DNA from: a bacterium
Lineage (GTDB): Bacteria > Aerophobota > Aerophobia > Aerophobales > AE-B3A
Length of the DNA stretch: 33,372 nt
Reading direction: 5' to 3'
Assembly (NCBI GenBank): GCA_046758525.1
Contig: JBHIAL010000002.1
Location: forward strand, 1 to 33,372
Both the position numbers and the translations under genes were made by a program. Of this stretch, positions 1-9,324 are shown piece after piece. The notes beneath the pieces were generated by a model. It ran no database searches, was not told the DNA's origin, and saw nothing but the letters and a program-made list of their open reading frames with translations. Position 1 is the stretch's first letter. Each line of letters opens with the position of its first letter.

Positions 1-2
1 TT

Positions 3-347
3 ATAGGAGTTTCCTGGGATGATGTTTTTGGGCACCTCATTAAATTTGGGCTGGGAGGGAAATACGTAGAGATTTATAGAGATGTTTCCACCAAACTCGT
101 TCCTGTCACCCCTTCCATGACCAAGGAGATGATTGAGGAGACTAAGGTAATCTCCAGATTACTAAAAGGGGTAAGGGAAGAACCCCCGTCTGATACAATA
201 AAAGTCGAAGAAGCCCTGTTAAGACTTTCTCAACTGATCTGTGATTTCCCTGGGATTTTAGAGATAGAAGCCAATCCTTTAGTAGTTTGGGAAAAAGGAG
301 CAGTGGTTGTTGATGCCCGATTGAGGTTGGAAAATGGGTGTTCCTAA
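3..347 (+). CDS. C-terminal part of an ADP-forming acyl/acetyl-CoA synthetase family protein; 5' end lies outside the window
   Basis: The frame is open from nt 3, with no stop before the listed Met at 117. The tail (FGLGGKYVEIYRDVS...LLKGVREEPP...EIEANPLVV...VVDARLRL) resembles C-termini of acetate--CoA ligase (ADP-forming) family proteins. Confidence 0.55.
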   Translation: MGVSWDDVFGHLIKFGLGGKYVEIYRDVSTKLVPVTPSMTKEMIEETKVISRLLKGVREEPPSDTIKVEEALLRLSQLICDFPGILEIEANPLVVWEKGAVVVDARLRLENGCS

Positions 348-540
348 AAAAAGACGTTCTAAATCACGAAAAAGAAGCAGAGTCTCGCAATGGAAGACGG
401 TATCTCCAATTCTTGTGGCTTGCCCTCAGTGCAAGGCTCCTATACTGCCTCACTTTGCTTGCCCAAAATGTGGTTATTATAAGGGTAGACAGGCATTCAT
501 AGTGAAAGAAAAGAAGAAAAAAACAGAGGGGGCCGGCTAG
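334..540 (+). CDS. rpmF: 50S ribosomal protein L32
   Basis: N-terminus MGVPKKRRSKSRKRSR and a CPxC...CPxCG zinc-ribbon. It sits in the classic position upstream of plsX-fabH. Confidence 0.9.
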   Translation: MGVPKKRRSKSRKRSRVSQWKTVSPILVACPQCKAPILPHFACPKCGYYKGRQAFIVKEKKKKTEGAG

Positions 541-542
541 TC

Positions 543-1598
543 ATGCGTATAGCCGTTGACGCTATGGGTGCCGAGAGAGGCATCGGTATTATAGTAGAGG
601 GAGCTATTAGAGCAGTACAAGCCAATCCTCAGATAGAAATAATTCTGGTAGGAGATAAGGACAAGATTGAGGAGGAGATCAGGCTCTCTCACTTTAAAGA
701 GGTTCCCTTTTCTGTAGTTCATGCCCCTCAGATAGTTAAGATGACCGATTCGGCTACTGCCTCCTTAAAAGAGAAGAAGAATTCTTCCGTAGCGGTAGCT
801 TTAAACCTACTTAACCAGAAAAAAGCAGAAGCATTGGTCAGCGCAGGCAATACCGGAGCAGTGATGACAGCAAGCTTATTTAAACTGGGGAAATTGAAGG
901 GGGTAAAGCGCCCTTGTTTGGCCGCGGTTTTCCCTACTTTAAATGGAAAAAAGGTGGTTTTTTTGGATGTGGGGGCGAATGTTGATTGTCGGCCTTATCA
1001 CCTGTTTCAATTTGCTATGATGGGAAGTATATATGCCTATAAGATACTCCGTATAAGAACTCCTCGAGTTGGATTACTTAGCATTGGGGAGGAGGAGAAC
1101 AAAGGAAACGATCTGGTTCTTCAAGCCTTTAAGCTTATGAAAAAATCTTCTTTGAATTTTGTGGGGAACATAGAAGGCAGGGATATTACCAGCGGGAAGG
1201 TGGAGGTAGTTGTATGTGATGGATTCATAGGAAACATTATCCTAAAGTTTGCCGAGGGATTTGCAAAAACTGTGCTTTCCGTAGTAAATGAACTGGCAAG
1301 GAGTAGCCTGGCTGGCCTAGGGGGAATTCTTTCTCGCAGATGGCTGATGCAGATAAACAAAAAACTCGATTATGCCGAGTATGGTGGGGTTCCTCTATTA
1401 GGGGTGAATGGAGTCTGCGTAATTGCCCATGGTGCTTCTTCAAGCAAGGCCATTAAAAACGCGGTTCTTGAAAGTTTCCAATTTGCCAAGGAAAAGATGA
1501 ATCACCATATAGAGAGAGTTTTGGCGAGAAATAGAGAGGTGGAGAATGAAAATAAGGAAAACAAAGATAGTCGGAACGGGATCCTACATTCCCGATAG
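543..1598 (+). CDS. plsX: Phosphate acyltransferase PlsX
   Basis: MRIAVDAMG...SAGNTGA...DVGAN...GFIGN motifs typical of PlsX, in the rpmF-plsX-fabH synteny. It overlaps fabH by 53 nt. Confidence 0.9.
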   Translation: MRIAVDAMGAERGIGIIVEGAIRAVQANPQIEIILVGDKDKIEEEIRLSHFKEVPFSVVHAPQIVKMTDSATASLKEKKNSSVAVALNLLNQKKAEALVSAGNTGAVMTASLFKLGKLKGVKRPCLAAVFPTLNGKKVVFLDVGANVDCRPYHLFQFAMMGSIYAYKILRIRTPRVGLLSIGEEENKGNDLVLQAFKLMKKSSLNFVGNIEGRDITSGKVEVVVCDGFIGNIILKFAEGFAKTVLSVVNELARSSLAGLGGILSRRWLMQINKKLDYAEYGGVPLLGVNGVCVIAHGASSSKAIKNAVLESFQFAKEKMNHHIERVLARNREVENENKENKDSRNGILHSR

Positions 1599-2532
1599 AG
1601 TTTTGACCAATGCCGATTTGGAGAAGATGGTGGATACCTCCGATGAATGGATTTGTACCAGAACTGGAATTAAAGAAAGGCGAATTGCTGATAAAAATGA
1701 GGCAGCATCGGATTTAGCTTACAAGGCTTCTAGGATGGCAATAGAGGCCGCTAAAATTGAACCTAAGGACTTAGATATGATCATAGTAGCCACCATCACC
1801 CCAGATATGATCTTTCCTGCTACTGCCTGCATTCTTCAGGAAAGATTGGGGATGGACAAGGTCGCTTCTTTTGATCTGGAGGCTGCCTGTTCCGGTTTTC
1901 TTTATGGGATTAGCATAGGAAGCCAGTTTATTGCCATCCAAACCTATAATACCATTCTGGTTGTAGCCGCGGAGACTCTCTCCAAGATCATCGACTGGGA
2001 AGACCGAAACACCTGTGTTATCTTTGCTGACGGAGCTGGAGCGGCTATCTTGAGACCATCTGATGATAATAGTGGAATAATCTCTAGCTATTTGGGAGCA
2101 GATGGAGAAGGGGCAGATTTAGTAAGGGTCCCGGCAGGTGGTTCGAGGCTACCCGCCAGCTTTGAGACAGTAAAGAATAGGCAACATTACATGAAAATGC
2201 GGGGAAATGAGCTATTCAAAAGAGCCGTGAAGATAATGGTTCAAGCAGTAGATGTCTCTTTAGAGAAGGGAGGTCTTACCTATGAAGACGTAGATTTTTT
2301 TATCCCCCACCAGGCTAATATTCGTATCATTAAAGCAGTAGCCAAAAGGATAGGCCTGAGTATGGACAGAGTATATGTAAATCTGGATCAATGCGGGAAT
2401 ATGTCGGCCGCTTCTTGTGCTGTAGCCTTAGATCAGGCAGTGCGCCAGCACAAGATAAAAAAAGGAGACAGGGTAGTTCTCACCTCGTTCGGAGGTGGGC
2501 TCACCTGGGCCTCCTTAGTCATAGAATGGTAG
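1546..2532 (+). CDS. fabH: 3-oxoacyl-ACP synthase III (FabH)
   Basis: IVGTGSYIPDRVLTN start, active-site context AACSGF, HQANIRI and GNMSAAS motifs, length 328 aa. Confidence 0.9.
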   Translation: MKIRKTKIVGTGSYIPDRVLTNADLEKMVDTSDEWICTRTGIKERRIADKNEAASDLAYKASRMAIEAAKIEPKDLDMIIVATITPDMIFPATACILQERLGMDKVASFDLEAACSGFLYGISIGSQFIAIQTYNTILVVAAETLSKIIDWEDRNTCVIFADGAGAAILRPSDDNSGIISSYLGADGEGADLVRVPAGGSRLPASFETVKNRQHYMKMRGNELFKRAVKIMVQAVDVSLEKGGLTYEDVDFFIPHQANIRIIKAVAKRIGLSMDRVYVNLDQCGNMSAASCAVALDQAVRQHKIKKGDRVVLTSFGGGLTWASLVIEW

Positions 2533-2581
2533 GCCCCGTTAAATGTTTACTATCTAACGGGGTAAAGAATAGAGAATCTCA

Positions 2582-3706
2582 GTGAATAGAAAAATAAAGA
2601 CTATTTCTCTATTAGCAGAGGTCGCTGTTCTTTGGCTTTACTTACCGCTTCTGGTGATCGCCCAGGAGCCAATAACCAGAATAACTATTTTCCCCAATAA
2701 TCTGAATTTAGTGGAAAAGATAAGCACAATAAAGCTAAAAGCCGGGATTAATGAGGTAACTCTTGGCCCGATGGAAAAAGGAGTGATTCTGGATTCAGTT
2801 TATCCTCAGGCAGAGGGATGTCAATTTCTAGAACAAGAATATAGCTCTAATTCGTTACTTTCGTGGAAAGTAAGGTCAGAAAAGGAAAAAGAGACCACTC
2901 TAAGAGTTGTTTACCTAACCACTGGACTGGATTGGAAAGTTAGTTATCAGGTTGTAGTAGACAAAGAAGATAGATTTATGGAGCTATTGGCCTGGGCGAC
3001 AGTAGAAAACAAAAGTGGGATGAACTACTCTCAGGTTTATCTAACTTTAACAACGCAATTGCCTCGGCAGACCAAGCAGGAGGAAGAAGGAGTCTCAAGA
3101 GGAAATCTGTTAGAATCTTATCTTTCTGAGTCACAAAATTTTTCTTATTCTGCTCCTTATCCCATCACCCTTAGATCCGGGGAAAAGAAAAGAGTTCTAA
3201 TTTTCACCCGTAGGAGCATCCCCATAAAAAAGGTTTATCTTTTTGATGGAGCAAAATATGGGGAGGAGGTAAGAGAGGAACTTTTATTAAAAAATTCACA
3301 GGAACTCGGATTAGGTATACCTCTTCCCCAGGGTCCGGTCTATGTTTATAAGATGGGCCTTGCAGATAGGATAAACTTTATTGGTCAGGATATTCTTCCC
3401 GAGACTCCTCCCGAGAGAGAGGTGAGAATTTTTTTAGGCGAAGCCAAGGACTTGGAAGGGGAAAGAATTCAGACTTCTTATCAACAACTACCAAATTCTG
3501 AGAAGGAATTTAGCTATAAAATAATTCTTTATAACTCAGCTGACTTCCCTATGACGGTGGAAGTCGTGGAACATCTTTATGGAGAATGGACCATTTTGGA
3601 AAGTCGACCTGAAAATTATGTAAAAGAAGAAAATCTCGTGGTCTATGAGGTTGAGGTTCCTGCTGGACAAAAAAAAGAAATTGAATATAAGGCAAGAGCT
3701 AAATAG
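2582..3706 (+). CDS. Secreted DUF4139-like protein
   Basis: GTG start and a hydrophobic N-terminal signal-like segment. The core YLTTGLDWKVSYQVVV...LLAWATVENKSGMNYSQVYLTL matches the DUF4139 pattern as I remember it. Confidence 0.5.
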   Translation: MNRKIKTISLLAEVAVLWLYLPLLVIAQEPITRITIFPNNLNLVEKISTIKLKAGINEVTLGPMEKGVILDSVYPQAEGCQFLEQEYSSNSLLSWKVRSEKEKETTLRVVYLTTGLDWKVSYQVVVDKEDRFMELLAWATVENKSGMNYSQVYLTLTTQLPRQTKQEEEGVSRGNLLESYLSESQNFSYSAPYPITLRSGEKKRVLIFTRRSIPIKKVYLFDGAKYGEEVREELLLKNSQELGLGIPLPQGPVYVYKMGLADRINFIGQDILPETPPEREVRIFLGEAKDLEGERIQTSYQQLPNSEKEFSYKIILYNSADFPMTVEVVEHLYGEWTILESRPENYVKEENLVVYEVEVPAGQKKEIEYKARAK

Positions 3707-3726
3707 TTGAAATATTGGAGGAGAGT

Positions 3727-5745
3727 ATGCCAACTCCCACGGAAAAACTGAGAAATGTAGCTATAATTGGAGGACAGGGAACAGGAAAGACCTCCCTGGT
3801 TGAAGCTTTTCTTTGTCAAGCTAAGCTCATAAATAAAATGGGAAGTGTAGCCCAGGGGAATACCCTCTCTGACTATGATCGGATGGAGAAAAAACGAGGA
3901 TTCAGTATAAATCCCTCCCTTTTCCATCTACCATGGCGGGATCATAAGATTAACCTTTTGGACGGGCCCGGTTTTACAGATTTTGTACCCAAGACTCGTG
4001 CATTGCTGAGAGTAGCAGAGACAGCCCTGTTGGTCGTCACTCCCTCGACTCTCACAAGTAGTGAAACCAGAAAGGCTTGGCAATATGCAGAGGAGGAAAA
4101 AGTCTTCCCTTTGATATTCTTGAATAAAATAGATGAAGAAACCGTAGATTTTTCTGAACTAACCTCCATAATAGAAAAAGAACTCTCTACCTCGTGTCTT
4201 CCGTTACAGATTCCCATAACTTCTGGTAAAGCTTTCTTAGGAGTCGTTGACCTGATCTCGGTGAGGGGAAGGGGGTATGAGGAAGGAAAAGCCAAAGAGG
4301 TAGAGATTCCTAAAGATTTGGAGGAAGAGGTAGAAAAGTCTAGAAAGAAATTGCTGGAAGCAGTTGCCGAAACAGATGATACTCTCATTGAAAAATATTT
4401 GGAGACAGAAGAACTAACCGAAGTTGAAATTAAAAAGGGTCTGAGAGGCGGCATTGTTACTCGTGCATTTACTCCTCTTCTTTTTGGTTCCGCCACCAAA
4501 AATGTAGGAATTGATCTTCTTTTAGACACCATAGTTGATTTTTTGCCTTCCCCCAAACTCAAAGAATCAGCTGAGAAGGAGTCTCCTTCTGCTTTTGTCT
4601 TTCAGACTCTTCTTGAAGCACATTTGGGGGAGGTGAATCTTTTTAAGGTTTTTTCAGGTGTTCTTTCCTCAGGTACCACTATTTACAACTCTACCAAAAG
4701 GACAGATGAAAAAATAGGCCAGATTTATCTAATGCAAGGTAGTTCAAGAGAAGAAACTCCCCGCGTAGTGGCTGGTGACATAGGAGCGGTAGCTAAGCTA
4801 AAAAACACTGAGACAGGGGATATTTTGTGTACCAGAGAGAATCCGGTTACCTTTCCTCCTTTGCAGTTTCCTGAACCCACCACTTCCATAGCTCTTAAAC
4901 CAAAAGGAGAAAAGGACGAGAAAAAAATGAGTATGGCTCTGGCCAAATTAGTCAAAGGAGACCCCCTCCTTAAAGTAGAGACGGACAGGGAATCGGGACA
5001 AACCATCCTCTCTGGAACGGGAGAAGTACACCTGGAGATTATGATTGACCGCTTAAAGACCGAATTTAATGTTGAGGTCCAGACCGAAGAGCCAAAGGTC
5101 CCCTACCGAGAAACCATTACCGTATCTGCAGAAGCACAGGGAAGGTATAAACGTCAGACAGGGGGTCACGGGCAATATGGCGATGTTTGGCTACGGGTTC
5201 GGCCCCTGCCTCCGGGGGAAGGGTTTAAATTTGTAAACAAAATCAAAGGAGGAGCAGTTCCTTCTCGCTATATTCCTGCGGTAGAGAAGGGAGTTAAAGA
5301 GGCCCTAAAGAAAGGAATTTTAGCCTCTTATCCCCTGGTAGACCTGGAGGTGACCCTATTTGATGGCACCTATCACCCCGTGGATTCCTCTGACATAGCC
5401 TTTCATATTGCTGCTTCTATGGGGCTGAAAAAGGCAGTGGAACAAGCCAAACCTATCCTTTTAGAGCCTATTGTAGAACTGGAAGTGGAGGTCCCTGATG
5501 AGTTCCTCGGAGATGCTAACGGAGACCTAAACTCGCGGAGAGGAAAAATTCTAGAAGTAGAGCCGTCTCAGGGAAGACAGAGGATAAGGGCAACTGTCCC
5601 TCTGGCCAAGCTTCACAATTACTCAACCACCCTTCGGAGCATAACTCAAGGAAAAGGGACTTTTGCCAAGAGGTTTTCTCATTACGAGAGAACTCCTGAT
5701 GAAGTAGCTCAAAGAATAATTGCTCAAGCCAAGAAATCAGATTAG
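3727..5745 (+). CDS. Elongation factor G paralog (EF-G-like translational GTPase) with atypical G motifs
   Basis: P-loop GGQGTGKTS, G3 DGPGFTDF, NKID, and domain IV DGTYHPVDSSDIAF, with full five-domain length. I prefer the ATG at 3727 (GGAGGAG 4 nt upstream) over the TTG at 3715 in the ORF track. Confidence 0.85.
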   Translation: MPTPTEKLRNVAIIGGQGTGKTSLVEAFLCQAKLINKMGSVAQGNTLSDYDRMEKKRGFSINPSLFHLPWRDHKINLLDGPGFTDFVPKTRALLRVAETALLVVTPSTLTSSETRKAWQYAEEEKVFPLIFLNKIDEETVDFSELTSIIEKELSTSCLPLQIPITSGKAFLGVVDLISVRGRGYEEGKAKEVEIPKDLEEEVEKSRKKLLEAVAETDDTLIEKYLETEELTEVEIKKGLRGGIVTRAFTPLLFGSATKNVGIDLLLDTIVDFLPSPKLKESAEKESPSAFVFQTLLEAHLGEVNLFKVFSGVLSSGTTIYNSTKRTDEKIGQIYLMQGSSREETPRVVAGDIGAVAKLKNTETGDILCTRENPVTFPPLQFPEPTTSIALKPKGEKDEKKMSMALAKLVKGDPLLKVETDRESGQTILSGTGEVHLEIMIDRLKTEFNVEVQTEEPKVPYRETITVSAEAQGRYKRQTGGHGQYGDVWLRVRPLPPGEGFKFVNKIKGGAVPSRYIPAVEKGVKEALKKGILASYPLVDLEVTLFDGTYHPVDSSDIAFHIAASMGLKKAVEQAKPILLEPIVELEVEVPDEFLGDANGDLNSRRGKILEVEPSQGRQRIRATVPLAKLHNYSTTLRSITQGKGTFAKRFSHYERTPDEVAQRIIAQAKKSD

Positions 5746-5827
5746 TCAAGAATATCTCGGGGAAAGTCCCTCGATACGTGTAAAAACCTAATAGTTTAAA
5801 GAAGATAAGTTTGGCGGGAGGTAACCG

Positions 5828-6421
5828 GTGCTCAGCACGCAAAGCTTAAAATATACATTAGCTCGAGAGATCCCTCTTTCTCGCACAACCCATAATCTCA
5901 TAGGAGTGGCTACCTTTACCATTCTTACGGCTCTGGGCGCCTTTGTATGGATCCCTCTTCCCTTTACTCCTGTTCCCATAACTCTACAGACCTTCTTTGT
6001 TCTCCTGGGGGGGGCCATTTTGGGTAGAAAGTTAGGAGCTTCATCACAATTGTTGTACCTGGGATTAGGAGGGCTGGGCCTTCCTATTTTTGCCGGGGTT
6101 AGCGGAGGTCTGTCTCGTCTGGTTGGTCCCACAGGCGGTTATCTCATTGGTTTTGTTTTGGCTGCTTATCTGGTTGGAAGGATGACCAAAAAGAAAAGAG
6201 GTAGTCTGTGGTCCCTAATGTTGATTATGGGAGTGGGAGAAGGAGTTATCCTTTTTTTAGGAACGTTGTGGTTAGCTTGGGTACTAAGAATTGGAATAGG
6301 GCAATCTCTTTATCTAGGATTAATTCCTTTTTTGCCGGGTGATATGCTTAAACTGATGGGGGCAGCTTCAATATGTTATGGCATCCAATCAAAACTTATA
6401 ACTTCTTCCAATAAACAATAG
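5828..6421 (+). CDS. bioY: Biotin transporter BioY (ECF S-component)
   Basis: PITLQTFFVLLGGAILG...GPTGGYLIGF...LPGD motifs, multi-TM, about 197 aa, GTG start. Confidence 0.8.
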   Translation: MLSTQSLKYTLAREIPLSRTTHNLIGVATFTILTALGAFVWIPLPFTPVPITLQTFFVLLGGAILGRKLGASSQLLYLGLGGLGLPIFAGVSGGLSRLVGPTGGYLIGFVLAAYLVGRMTKKKRGSLWSLMLIMGVGEGVILFLGTLWLAWVLRIGIGQSLYLGLIPFLPGDMLKLMGAASICYGIQSKLITSSNKQ

Positions 6422-6845
6422 CGTCCTCGTCGGTATCGGAATAATAGTAGGGACGGATGGCTATCTTCTTAAAGCTAAATCTTTCGTAGAACCTTTGAGC
6501 AGCCAGATTAGAATGACGGACTTCCAGGGTAATTGTATCCAGTGATTGGTCTTGAGCGTGTTTAAGGAGATGCTCTAATAATTTTGCTCCCAGACCCCTC
6601 CTTCTGAAACTTGGATGGACAGCAAAAGTAACCAGGTGAGCCTCATTCTTTATTCTCCAATATCCCCCATATCCTGTCAGCCGATCCCGGTATTCCATAA
6701 CGTGATAGAAGGCAAAACTTTTTTTCTCAAGTTCCGAGAAAAAAATATTCGAAGACCAGGGGCTGGGAAAAGAGAGCTTCTCGATCTCGCTAACTTCCGG
6801 AATATCCTTTTTCCTCATTAAGCGAATCTTTATTTCCTCGTCCAA
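6396..6845 (-). CDS. rimI: Ribosomal-protein-alanine N-acetyltransferase RimI (GNAT)
   Basis: GNAT motif VHPSFRRRGLGAKLL, the SFPSPWS start typical of RimI, and synteny with tsaB/tsaE. Confidence 0.8.
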   Translation of the reverse strand: MDEEIKIRLMRKKDIPEVSEIEKLSFPSPWSSNIFFSELEKKSFAFYHVMEYRDRLTGYGGYWRIKNEAHLVTFAVHPSFRRRGLGAKLLEHLLKHAQDQSLDTITLEVRHSNLAAQRFYERFSFKKIAIRPYYYSDTDEDAIVYWKKL

Positions 6846-7512
6846 TTCTCACCTCCGGTGATGAGACATAAAGAGGACTTAAGCTAAGAACACTGTCGAT
6901 TTTTCCGGTCTTGAGTCTTTCCGCTCCTAGTCTAAGCAATGCCTTAATGAGGAATATTTCGTCCAGAAGCAGAAAAGATGTGTTCTTTATTTTTTTTAGC
7001 TCTGTGGTGAGTTCTCTTTCTTCAGTGGGGATAAGAAAAGTTACCTTTTGAGGAAAAAATTTCTCTAAAGACGCTTTAATCCCGTTGAAGGAAAGAAATC
7101 GACACTTATCTATCTTTGCTATTTTACGTTGGTCTTTTTCGTAAAATCCTACATAGAACCTTCCCCCATAGGCTCTGCGAAGAGGACAAAAGATTCCTTT
7201 ACGGAGGGAAAAGAAAACCCAGCTATCCAGAGTAGCAACCCCTACCAAAGGAATCTCCAGAGTAAAAGCCAAAGACTTAGCTAGACTCAATCCAACCCGC
7301 AGGCCTGTGAAAGAGCCTGGACCTAAACTAACCACCACAGCTTCAAGATCATTATTTTTTATTTTTTCCCTCTTCATTAAGCTATCCAGAGCAGGAATAA
7401 GCTCTCGGGAGGTAAGGTGAGCGGAAATCGTTTTTCTAGCCAGGATTTTTTCTCTGGTTCCCAGGCAGAAAATCCCCCTTTTTGCCGAGGTATCTATACC
7501 TAGAAGGAACAA
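6790..7512 (-). CDS. tsaB: tRNA t6A37 biosynthesis protein TsaB (YeaZ)
   Basis: LLGIDTS start and GPGSFTGLRVG motif. TTG start with an AAGGGGG SD upstream. Confidence 0.8.
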   Translation of the reverse strand: MFLLGIDTSAKRGIFCLGTREKILARKTISAHLTSRELIPALDSLMKREKIKNNDLEAVVVSLGPGSFTGLRVGLSLAKSLAFTLEIPLVGVATLDSWVFFSLRKGIFCPLRRAYGGRFYVGFYEKDQRKIAKIDKCRFLSFNGIKASLEKFFPQKVTFLIPTEERELTTELKKIKNTSFLLLDEIFLIKALLRLGAERLKTGKIDSVLSLSPLYVSSPEVRIGRGNKDSLNEEKGYSGS

Positions 7513-7987
7513 AATAACCCCCTTTTTCCATCTCCTCTATTACTTTCCTATAGAAAGAACCATAGGCTCTTAAGGCAATTCTCCTTTTAGATAAGTCCAC
7601 TATTTCTAGCTCAATCTTAAGATATTCTGCAGGCAAAAAGTCTTCTATCTTTTCGGCCCATTCTATTACCACAATGCCCTTTCTCTGGTAAAAATAGTCC
7701 TGGTAACCCAGGCAAATAATTTCTTCCTGGTGAGCTATTCGGTAAAGGTCAAAATGATATAAGGGGACAGAACCCGAGTACTCGTGGATGATGACAAAGG
7801 AAGGACTTTTAACAAGAGAACGAACTCCTAATCCTTTGCCTATTCCTTGTACTAAGGTAGTCTTTCCGCTGCCTAACTGTCCGGTTAAAGCCACAATTGA
7901 ACCGGGAGGAAGAGAGCGGCCCAGTTCTTTGCCCAATTTTTGGGTTTCTTCATAATTTTGTGTCACTATAGATAAGGCTGTGGCCAA
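7436..7987 (-). CDS. tsaE: tRNA t6A37 biosynthesis ATPase TsaE (YjeE)
   Basis: LTGQLGSGKTTLVQGI Walker A, SPSFVIIHEY and HFDLYR motifs. The C-terminal tail overlaps tsaB by 77 nt. Confidence 0.8.
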   Translation of the reverse strand: MATALSIVTQNYEETQKLGKELGRSLPPGSIVALTGQLGSGKTTLVQGIGKGLGVRSLVKSPSFVIIHEYSGSVPLYHFDLYRIAHQEEIICLGYQDYFYQRKGIVVIEWAEKIEDFLPAEYLKIELEIVDLSKRRIALRAYGSFYRKVIEEMEKGGYFVPSRYRYLGKKGDFLPGNQRKNPG

Positions 7988-7988
7988 T

Positions 7989-9068
7989 TTATTTTTCCTT
8001 TTTCATGGCCCTGATCTTTTCGGAAAGTCTTCTGGTAGCTAGACCAGTATTAGCCTCCTTAAATACAGCACTTATAACTGCCACCCCGTCTGCTCCTGCC
8101 TTTAGAGTTTTCTCCACATTGTCCGAGTTTATCCCCCCTATCGCTATTACGGGAACATCCACTTTTTCTTTGGTCTTACCTATTATTTCTATCCCCTTAG
8201 CAGATCCCACATCGGGTTTAGTAGTGGTGGGAAAAACAGGTCCTATAGCTACATAATCGGCACCTTCCTTTTCTGCCTGCTGGGCTTGCTTCACCGAGTG
8301 GGTAGATACACCAATGATTTTACTCTCTCCCAAGACCTTGCGGGCAGCCGAGAGGGGCAGGTCCTCCTGTCCTAGATGCACTCCATCTGCCCCTGAGGCT
8401 ACAGCGATATCTACCCTATCGTTCACCATGAAAAGGACATCCTCCGGAATCATTTTTCTTACTAAAAGAGCTTTTTTGAAAAAAGCCGATAAAGATAGGG
8501 TCTTTTCTCTCAACTGAACGACAGTGGCTCCATTAGATACCACCTCTTTTAATTTTTCTTCGAACTCTTCCTCTTTGATCAGGCTAGAGTCGGTGATCAC
8601 ATAGAGGCTGAAATCATATCTTTTTTCTAGTCTCATAGCCACTTTTTTTTCCAAAGCATAGGTTTGGAAACGAAGCTTCTTAAATCTTTGCCCTAATTCT
8701 GAAGAAAGCAGCTTAACAAACTCCTCTAGACTCCTTTCAGCCTCTTGGACTCTTCCAAAGTTAGCTTTCACCAGATTCTCAAACCCTTCTCTTTTTTCTT
8801 CCCTCCCCAGTCCCGCTCCTACGTCTTTTTCCACATCCCGGCATCCCATGCGCCGCCTCCATCTAAAGCGAGGAATCTCTTCAGCTACTTTAGCTAAAAA
8901 GTGACGCAACTGCCTGACCTTTTGGGTAAGATGATAATCGTTCAGGCCAAATCGAACTGCGTCTTCTATTACTCTCAAACCTTCGCTTGCCCGATCAAGA
9001 TTGACATCCATTATTCGATAAATATCTCTCTCTCTCTTCACTTTAGACTCTATGGGATTTTTAGACAT
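7989..9068 (-). CDS. thiE: Thiamine-phosphate synthase ThiE, long form with a ~150-aa N-terminal extension
   Basis: The C-terminal ~205 aa carries ThiE motifs (LYVITD, VQLREK, GADGVHLGQEDL, GVSTH, YVAIGPVFPTTTK, AIGGI). The N-terminal MDVNLDRASEGLRVIEDAVRF domain resembles the extension seen in long-form ThiE proteins. Confidence 0.85.
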   Translation of the reverse strand: MSKNPIESKVKRERDIYRIMDVNLDRASEGLRVIEDAVRFGLNDYHLTQKVRQLRHFLAKVAEEIPRFRWRRRMGCRDVEKDVGAGLGREEKREGFENLVKANFGRVQEAERSLEEFVKLLSSELGQRFKKLRFQTYALEKKVAMRLEKRYDFSLYVITDSSLIKEEEFEEKLKEVVSNGATVVQLREKTLSLSAFFKKALLVRKMIPEDVLFMVNDRVDIAVASGADGVHLGQEDLPLSAARKVLGESKIIGVSTHSVKQAQQAEKEGADYVAIGPVFPTTTKPDVGSAKGIEIIGKTKEKVDVPVIAIGGINSDNVEKTLKAGADGVAVISAVFKEANTGLATRRLSEKIRAMKKEK

Positions 9069-9324
9069 CTTTCTTTTCGTCTTTGAGTGATAAAGTAGAT
9101 AGCAAATTCTCTTAAAGCCTTATCTTCCATGTTTTTCCTCCTCCATGATTCAGGAAGCTCCTTTTACTTCACCTCTTTCTTAAATTCATCAAAGTAAGGC
9201 ATCCAAAAACACTATACATCTAAAGAACCCGAGCTTTTAGCCTGTGCACCATCAGTAAGTTGCTAATTGCTGAAAGCTGAACATTTTTGAATATGTAATG
9301 TTTTTGAAAATCTTACCTGTTACT

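Noticed and set aside
3942-4562. Long antisense ORFs in the track: 3942-4562, 15556-16011, 16620-17078, 20030-20476, 5788-6132 and others.
   Set aside because: Each lies fully inside, and antisense to, a well-supported gene. Their compositions are Ser/Pro/Arg-rich with no motifs. They are typical shadow ORFs.
7436-7512. The 77-nt overlap of the tsaE 3' end with the tsaB start, as a possible frameshift or sequencing error.
   Set aside because: Both proteins have complete motif sets in their listed frames, and tsaB has a good SD within the overlap. A C-terminal extension of TsaE is the simpler reading, and I cannot show an error from the sequence alone.
9069-9320. Expected a TPP riboswitch in the long leader upstream of thiE (minus strand).
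   Set aside because: Reading the minus strand, I found neither the CUGAGA element nor the CCUGAUCUGGAUAAUGCCAGCG-like pyrophosphate-sensor helix. The only weak resemblance is CCTGAATCATGGAGG. A covariance-model scan is still needed.
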